Source: Nitrospirota bacterium (lineage in GTDB: Bacteria > Nitrospirota > UBA9217). Taken from it: DNA of 64,000 bases. Positions 58,693 through 64,000 of this stretch are shown one piece after another. Position numbers and translations under genes: made by a program. Location: the NCBI GenBank assembly GCA_023229435.1, contig JALNZF010000013.1:10433-74432 (forward strand), read 5' to 3'. The first letter of the stretch is position 1. Each line of letters begins with the position of its first letter. The notes under the pieces are model-generated. The model was not told the origin of the DNA, ran no database searches, and saw only the letters and a list, made by a program, of their open reading frames with translations.

Positions 58693-59880
58693 ATGAATAA
58701 AACGATCCTGACATTCCTTGCCCTTCTCTTCCTGTTCGCCTGCGCCAGGCCGCCGGTGACGGTAACGAGGCCGGACAACTCTTTGGCGCGTCTGTCGTCG
58801 TGGCAATCGATCGCGCCTCGTGACGATAGCGGGTTCAAGGATGTCGCCGCTGCAGCTCGCCAGAGCCTGGAGTATTACAAGAAGCTTCCGCAGGACACGG
58901 TGTTCTTTCTGGGGCCTGATAAGGCAAGCACCCTCGACATGGCCGTAACGCTCCAGAACTTTCTCCTTATCGTCGAGAACGATTCATTGACCGCTGATCA
59001 AAAGGTGGAGCGCATCAAGAACGATTTTACGCTCTACCGCGCCGTCGGGTCCGATGGAAACGGCAAGGTGCTCTTCACCGGCTACTATGAGCCGATGCTC
59101 TCCTGCCGTCTTGCTCGTGACGAGACCTTCCGGTTTCCGCTGTATCGAAGACCCGATGATATCATCGAGATCGACCTGACACCGTTTGGGGAGGGGTTCC
59201 TCAGGACCAAGCTCTTCGGCAGGCTTGACAACAGGAAGGTCGTCCCCTATTACTCCCGCGAAGAGATCGACCAGAAAGAGATGCTCGCCGGCAAGGACCT
59301 TGAGATCATGTGGTGCTCCGACATCGTTGACATCCATTTCCTTCAGGTGCAGGGTTCGGGCAAGGTGGACCTGGGTGACGGGAACATCCTGAGCGTATTG
59401 TACGACGGTACGAACGGCTGGCCGTACAAGGGCATCGGCAGATATTTGATCGATACCGGGGCCATGACCAGGGAGAACATGTCCATGCAGGCGATACGGG
59501 AGTATCTGCGGACCCATCCAGACCAGCTCACCACGGTCCTGAACCAGAACCCCAGCTACGTCTTCTTCCGCCTCGACACGGGCCCGTCGATCGGCAATAT
59601 CGGAGTGCCGCTCACGCCGGGCCGGTCCATTGCCACGGACAGCAGGATGTTCCCCAAGGGCGCGTTGGCTTTTATTGCGGCGCAAAAGCCGGTGATCGAG
59701 AACAACGTGATCACGAAATGGGTCCCCTTCTCCCGGTTTGTGCTGAACCAGGACACGGGCGGGGCGATCAAGGGGGCTGGCAGGGCGGACGTGTTCTTCG
59801 GCCACGGTCCGGATGCGGAATTGACCGCGGGCAACCTCCAGCATGAGGGGGAGTTGTATTTTTTGATGAGAAAAAAGTAG
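58693..59880 (+). CDS. mltA: Membrane-bound lytic murein transglycosylase A
   Basis: Lipobox LFAC, FTGYYEP, LQVQGSG, NPSYVFF, QDTGGAIKGAGRAD. Confidence 0.93.
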   Translation: MNKTILTFLALLFLFACARPPVTVTRPDNSLARLSSWQSIAPRDDSGFKDVAAAARQSLEYYKKLPQDTVFFLGPDKASTLDMAVTLQNFLLIVENDSLTADQKVERIKNDFTLYRAVGSDGNGKVLFTGYYEPMLSCRLARDETFRFPLYRRPDDIIEIDLTPFGEGFLRTKLFGRLDNRKVVPYYSREEIDQKEMLAGKDLEIMWCSDIVDIHFLQVQGSGKVDLGDGNILSVLYDGTNGWPYKGIGRYLIDTGAMTRENMSMQAIREYLRTHPDQLTTVLNQNPSYVFFRLDTGPSIGNIGVPLTPGRSIATDSRMFPKGALAFIAAQKPVIENNVITKWVPFSRFVLNQDTGGAIKGAGRADVFFGHGPDAELTAGNLQHEGELYFLMRKK

Positions 59881-59908
59881 TTAATTGGCGCATTCAATGG
59901 AGTAACCC

Positions 59909-60175
59909 ATGAACGGATGGACAATGACGTCGAGCAGATTTCACGATGAACTGAAGCGGGCGATGATACCGTACCAGGGCAAGCAGCTAACAACGGCTGA
60001 GATAAGCAATATCCTTAAAGGCGTTCCCGGCCTGGCACAGAATGCCCGGTTTATTCAGCCTGCAGATCATTGCAGGAACGTAAAAAATTTCGGGGCATGT
60101 ACGTGCGCGCATACCGACAAGGCGATCTTTGATAAACTGCAACGGGGCTTGTTTCATGTGAGAGAAGTGGAGTAG
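59909..60175 (+). CDS. Small hypothetical protein
   Basis: GGAG RBS; PADHCRN..GACTC...IFDKLQRGLFHV. Confidence 0.55.
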   Translation: MNGWTMTSSRFHDELKRAMIPYQGKQLTTAEISNILKGVPGLAQNARFIQPADHCRNVKNFGACTCAHTDKAIFDKLQRGLFHVREVE

Positions 60176-60289
60176 ACTTGGTAGCGGACGAAGACCTCTT
60201 TAAGAAGCAGCTTTCCTCACCAAAGGTGTCAGCGCAAAGCTTCGGACGCGGAAACAGCGATCCAGCCAAATCACATGCACTTAATCCTT

Positions 60290-60349
60290 GACGAACGATG
60301 AGGTGAGCCGCCGAGCGAAGCGAGGATGGCTCGACTTTCATCGTCAGTA
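60290..60349 (+). other. Degenerate integron attC-like site (solo)
   Basis: 60-bp imperfect palindrome GACGAAC...GAGCC...GGCTC(G)ACT(T)TCATCGTCAGTA with extrahelical G and T. Confidence 0.5.
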
Positions 60350-60365
60350 AGATCTGTCCGATGGA

Positions 60366-60866
60366 CTATTTATATCTGCTTGAAGCGCCAGCCGGCAAAA
60401 CAACATTGGATAAATAGTTATCTATCGGTGTCGTCAATAGGGCCGCATTGCTGTAGATGCTGCCATCGCCGATAATGACTTCTCTAGTATCCCCATTGTC
60501 ATACTGAATAGTATAATCTTTGATTCCACCGCCGATAGGAGCTGACCCCTGGCCTGTTTTCACCACCCCATAGACATCAGCCGTCGACAAATCGCTGAGT
60601 AGCTTTGATTCATTTGTTCCATAACTATTAATCGTCCAAGTGCCGGTATTGACCGTCGTCAATGCTGAAAAGCCGGTGCGCACGAAGGTTAATCCAGTCA
60701 GAGAAACGGTATACTTTTCGTCCCAAGCGACATCAGGGGAGACAGAACCTGATGTTTCCCGATAAGTGACATCCGCAACACTTGGCACGTCAGAATTGTG
60801 GCTGCGTGAACATGCTGTCATAAACAACAAAATAGCGACGACGACTTTTAATAATTTGATAAACAT
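60366..60866 (-). CDS. AT-rich hypothetical lipoprotein
   Basis: Lipobox MTAC; lower GC than flanks. Confidence 0.7.
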   Translation of the reverse strand: MFIKLLKVVVAILLFMTACSRSHNSDVPSVADVTYRETSGSVSPDVAWDEKYTVSLTGLTFVRTGFSALTTVNTGTWTINSYGTNESKLLSDLSTADVYGVVKTGQGSAPIGGGIKDYTIQYDNGDTREVIIGDGSIYSNAALLTTPIDNYLSNVVLPAGASSRYK

Positions 60867-61041
60867 AAGTGGCCCTTCTTATCTCAATCAGCCCGTGCTT
60901 ATAGGGGGACGGATTACGGTAGCATAGATTATACGCATGGTTAAAGCGATTTAGGCAATAAACTCGGCTCAAACTTCATGATCAGCCGCCGTAACTGTCT
61001 TATTAAGAATCCTGTCATCCTGTCAAAGACTTTATCTTCCC

Positions 61042-64000
61042 CTACCTTTCCAAAATCCTCCGATACAACTTTTTTGTTTCCTCATCCGGTTCAAGATCCA
61101 CATCCTTACTCAAAGCGCGTTCGCACCGTTCATAGGTCCGGATCGCCTCGCCGCGCCGGGCGTCCGAGTGATATCGCTGCATGAGCCAGCAGCACGCCTT
61201 CTCGTTGCAGGGGTCCGCGGAGAACATCCGCTCGTAGAAGCGCAGCGTCCTGTCCCGGTCGCCGGATGACTCCGCGATCCCGGCCGCTTCCTCGAGCGCC
61301 CGCAGGTAGCGGATGCGCAGGCGGTCCCGCATGGGCGCGGCCCAGTCGCTGTAAAGATCTTCAGGCAAAAAGTCTCCTTCATAGAGGTCGAACGCCTTCT
61401 CGTATTCTCCTACGATGTCTTCTGGTTTCCGGCTTGACTTCATGCGGTCTGTTGCGTCCAGATGGTGAAGCAGCTGCCCGACATCGGTCCGGACCAGTTC
61501 CTTGTTCAGCTTGATGACGCCGTCAGCGTGAAGGATGCAGGATTCGGATCTGCCTGGAACGTTCTTCGGCTCCAGCACCTTCCGCACCCGGTGGAGCATG
61601 CTGTTGAAGGTCGGGCCGAGCGTGTCGGGGTCCATGTCCGGCCAGAGCGTCTCCATGGCGATATCACGCGACACGGCATGCCCGTCCTGGGCAACGAGCA
61701 GTTTGACGAATGTTTTTGCCCGCTTGCTTTTCCACTCGGCATCCCGCACCGGAACCTTTGCCCGCATTGTTCTGAACCCGCCAAGACAATTGATCTCAAG
61801 GAACGGCGTTGTGCCCGAACCGGTCTGGTTGTTGATCAGCCGGTAACAGTAGTCAATACAGATGCCGTGCGCGAGCGCGGCATTCGCCAAACCGGCCAGT
61901 TCCTCCGCATTGAACAGGGCATAGTAGGTGAATCCCCTTTCCTGGCCGATGGAAAACCCTTCGCGCAGGTGCTTGCGCGCGGGATCCATTTTCTTCATCA
62001 TCCCGTAGAGCCGGGCCAGCACGAGATGCGCGTTCGCCTCCTGTTGAGCGGCCCTTATCTGTTGAAGCATCTTGACGGCGATGAGCAGTTCCTTTTCCGC
62101 CTGACGATACTTTTTAAGCTTTACAAGGATCGCGCCGCTCGCGATGAGGTAGATCGCATGGAACAGCTTGCTTCCCGACTGCGTCCGTATTGCCAGGGCA
62201 TAGTCCGATTCTTTTTTTGCCTGGTCGAGCTTATTCTGGAACAGATAGGCGATCGCGAGCAGATGTGCCGCGGACGCGCTGAAAAAGGCATTCTGAGACT
62301 CTTCGCCCTTGCGTTTGCACTCCGTCAGCAGGAGCACGGCGCCGGGGTAGTCTCCCTGGGCGATCTTGAGCCATCCGCCGATGTCAAGGGAGAGAAACAC
62401 CATCGACTCGAGCGCGTGGCTGTCAGCAAGGTCCATGCACTGGTCAAGGCGTTTCCGGGCCCCGGCAAAGTCCCCCGCGAAGAGTGACGTCATGGCCGCC
62501 ACCAGCAGGAGGGCCGCATGACCTCCGGCCTCATCGGGTATGGAAGCGCTCGTCTCAAGTCCTTTGTTGACCGTTTCACCGGCAAGGCGGAAGTCGCCCT
62601 GGTAAAGCGCGCAGGGAGTCAGGTAAATGGCGGTGGTGATCTGATAAAAATGGTCGCCCTGCTTCCGGAACAGATCGAGCGCCTGCCTGAGCGCGTCCGA
62701 GGCCTGCTGAAGCCTGCCGATGAAGAACCACGCCATGCCCATGGCAAGCAGCAGTCTCGCCCGCGCTCCGGGCGACGCGCGTCGGTTCTGTTTGAGGAGC
62801 GCCTGGGCCAGCGCCGCGTCGCGCCCCATGCGCGTAAAGTCGCCGCCCGTGTGGAAGCATGCCTCGATGATGCCGCACATCGAGTACATCATTCCCGCGC
62901 CCCGGGCGCGGTTGAAGGCGGTCCTGCCGCCGCGGAAGCCCTTGAACGCGAGATCGAAGAACGTGAGGGCCGTGCGGGAATCGGTGAACCGGCATGCCAC
63001 GGCGCGGTAGAACAGGAACCACGGCCGGTTCCCGTGTTCGAGCGGAAGCGTTTCGATCCATCGGATCAGCGTCCCCGTCTGGCCGCGCGCGATCATCTCT
63101 TCGCCGCAGGCCTCCATCTGTTTGATGGCCTGGTCGAATTGTCCCGAGGCAAGGGAAAGGTCGATGCTCCGTACCATATCTCCGGATCTTCTGAAGTAGG
63201 CCGCCGCGCGGGTGTACAGTTTTTTCACCTCCGCGGGCCTGGTCTGGGCGATCAGTTTTTTTCTGAGAAACTCGCGGAAGAGCGCGTGGTAGCGGATCGC
63301 GAGGGTATCATCCTCCAGCGCCGTGACGAACAGGTTCCTGTCCCGAAGGTCCTTCACCATCGTTGTAATGGATATCCTGCCCGATGCCGCGGTGCGCGGC
63401 AGGCCGGTCAGCAGTTCGATGAGCGGCACCGGAATAAAATCCACGACCGAGGTCTGGAGCAGGAACCGCTGCATATCCTGCGGAAGGTGCGCGAATACTT
63501 CCTGCGCGAGGTAGTCGAAGACGTGAGTCCGGAACCCCGCCGCGCGCCGGTCGATGAGCGCCAGAGCCCGCGCCCCGGGCGCGAGGGTGGCAAGATATTC
63601 GTGCATCAGCACAAGACCGGCCGGCCAGCCTTCCGCCGTGCTGTTGATAAGCGCCGCCTCGTTCGGGGAGATGTGCATGCTGAAAATGATGCTGAACAGG
63701 TCCTGGACCTCGCTGTCCGTGAACCGGAGGTCATCGCCGACAAGCTCTCCCACGGACTGCGTTGCGCGGAGCTTCGCGATGTCCAGTTCGGGCCTCACCC
63801 GGGAAATGATCATGAACCGGACATGGGGCGGGGTGCGGTCGATCAGCTGTTTCATGAGGTGCGGCAGCATCGGCGAGGACGAGGTAGGGGTGTAATCGTC
63901 GAACACGAGCAGGCCCGGCTTCGGTATGTTCCCGAACGCCTGTTCGATCCAGGCGCCGATGTCCGGGCGGAGGCCGTTGATGCCGTAGCGGTTCAGGGGA
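61042..64000 (-). CDS. MalT-like STAND/TPR regulator with C-terminal SARP/BTAD domain (5' partial)
   Basis: LVFDDY, AEGWPAGL, FDYLAQEV, RYHALFREFL, LYEGDFL, DPCNEKAC; frame open to the window edge. Confidence 0.88.
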   Translation of the reverse strand, partial: PLNRYGINGLRPDIGAWIEQAFGNIPKPGLLVFDDYTPTSSSPMLPHLMKQLIDRTPPHVRFMIISRVRPELDIAKLRATQSVGELVGDDLRFTDSEVQDLFSIIFSMHISPNEAALINSTAEGWPAGLVLMHEYLATLAPGARALALIDRRAAGFRTHVFDYLAQEVFAHLPQDMQRFLLQTSVVDFIPVPLIELLTGLPRTAASGRISITTMVKDLRDRNLFVTALEDDTLAIRYHALFREFLRKKLIAQTRPAEVKKLYTRAAAYFRRSGDMVRSIDLSLASGQFDQAIKQMEACGEEMIARGQTGTLIRWIETLPLEHGNRPWFLFYRAVACRFTDSRTALTFFDLAFKGFRGGRTAFNRARGAGMMYSMCGIIEACFHTGGDFTRMGRDAALAQALLKQNRRASPGARARLLLAMGMAWFFIGRLQQASDALRQALDLFRKQGDHFYQITTAIYLTPCALYQGDFRLAGETVNKGLETSASIPDEAGGHAALLLVAAMTSLFAGDFAGARKRLDQCMDLADSHALESMVFLSLDIGGWLKIAQGDYPGAVLLLTECKRKGEESQNAFFSASAAHLLAIAYLFQNKLDQAKKESDYALAIRTQSGSKLFHAIYLIASGAILVKLKKYRQAEKELLIAVKMLQQIRAAQQEANAHLVLARLYGMMKKMDPARKHLREGFSIGQERGFTYYALFNAEELAGLANAALAHGICIDYCYRLINNQTGSGTTPFLEINCLGGFRTMRAKVPVRDAEWKSKRAKTFVKLLVAQDGHAVSRDIAMETLWPDMDPDTLGPTFNSMLHRVRKVLEPKNVPGRSESCILHADGVIKLNKELVRTDVGQLLHHLDATDRMKSSRKPEDIVGEYEKAFDLYEGDFLPEDLYSDWAAPMRDRLRIRYLRALEEAAGIAESSGDRDRTLRFYERMFSADPCNEKACCWLMQRYHSDARRGEAIRTYERCERALSKDVDLEPDEETKKLYRRILER

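Overview
Bacterial chromosomal window, mostly GC-rich. The gene order (ispE-spoVG-tRNA-Gln-prs-rplY-pth-ychF; tmk-holB-PSP1-metG-tatD/rSAM) and repeat content fit an anaerobic Nitrospirota/Desulfobacterota-like organism (inference). It starts inside an ISKra4-like transposase and ends inside a MalT-like/BTAD regulator. Four candidate undescribed systems stand out. (1) A radical SAM/SPASM gene is followed by an unannotated 20-aa Cys-rich peptide gene (MTIKKVTKKMSVTCKCKSSC) with its own RBS, promoter-like element and terminator: a candidate RiPP. (2) An AraC-linked lipoprotein-TlpA-lipoprotein operon has one paralog ending CC and the other C-UGA followed by a bSECIS-like hairpin: a candidate new selenoprotein family. 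(3) A ~310-nt intergenic region with extensive predicted pairing is a candidate non-coding RNA. (4) A kinase/response-regulator operon has a regulator carrying a HEPN-like RxxxxH output domain and is coupled to a MotB/OmpA-like gene. Also present: several MITEs with target-site duplications, a solo attC-like site, apparent leaderless promoters and an internally deleted transporter-DUF192 fusion. All calls are by eye; no searches were run.
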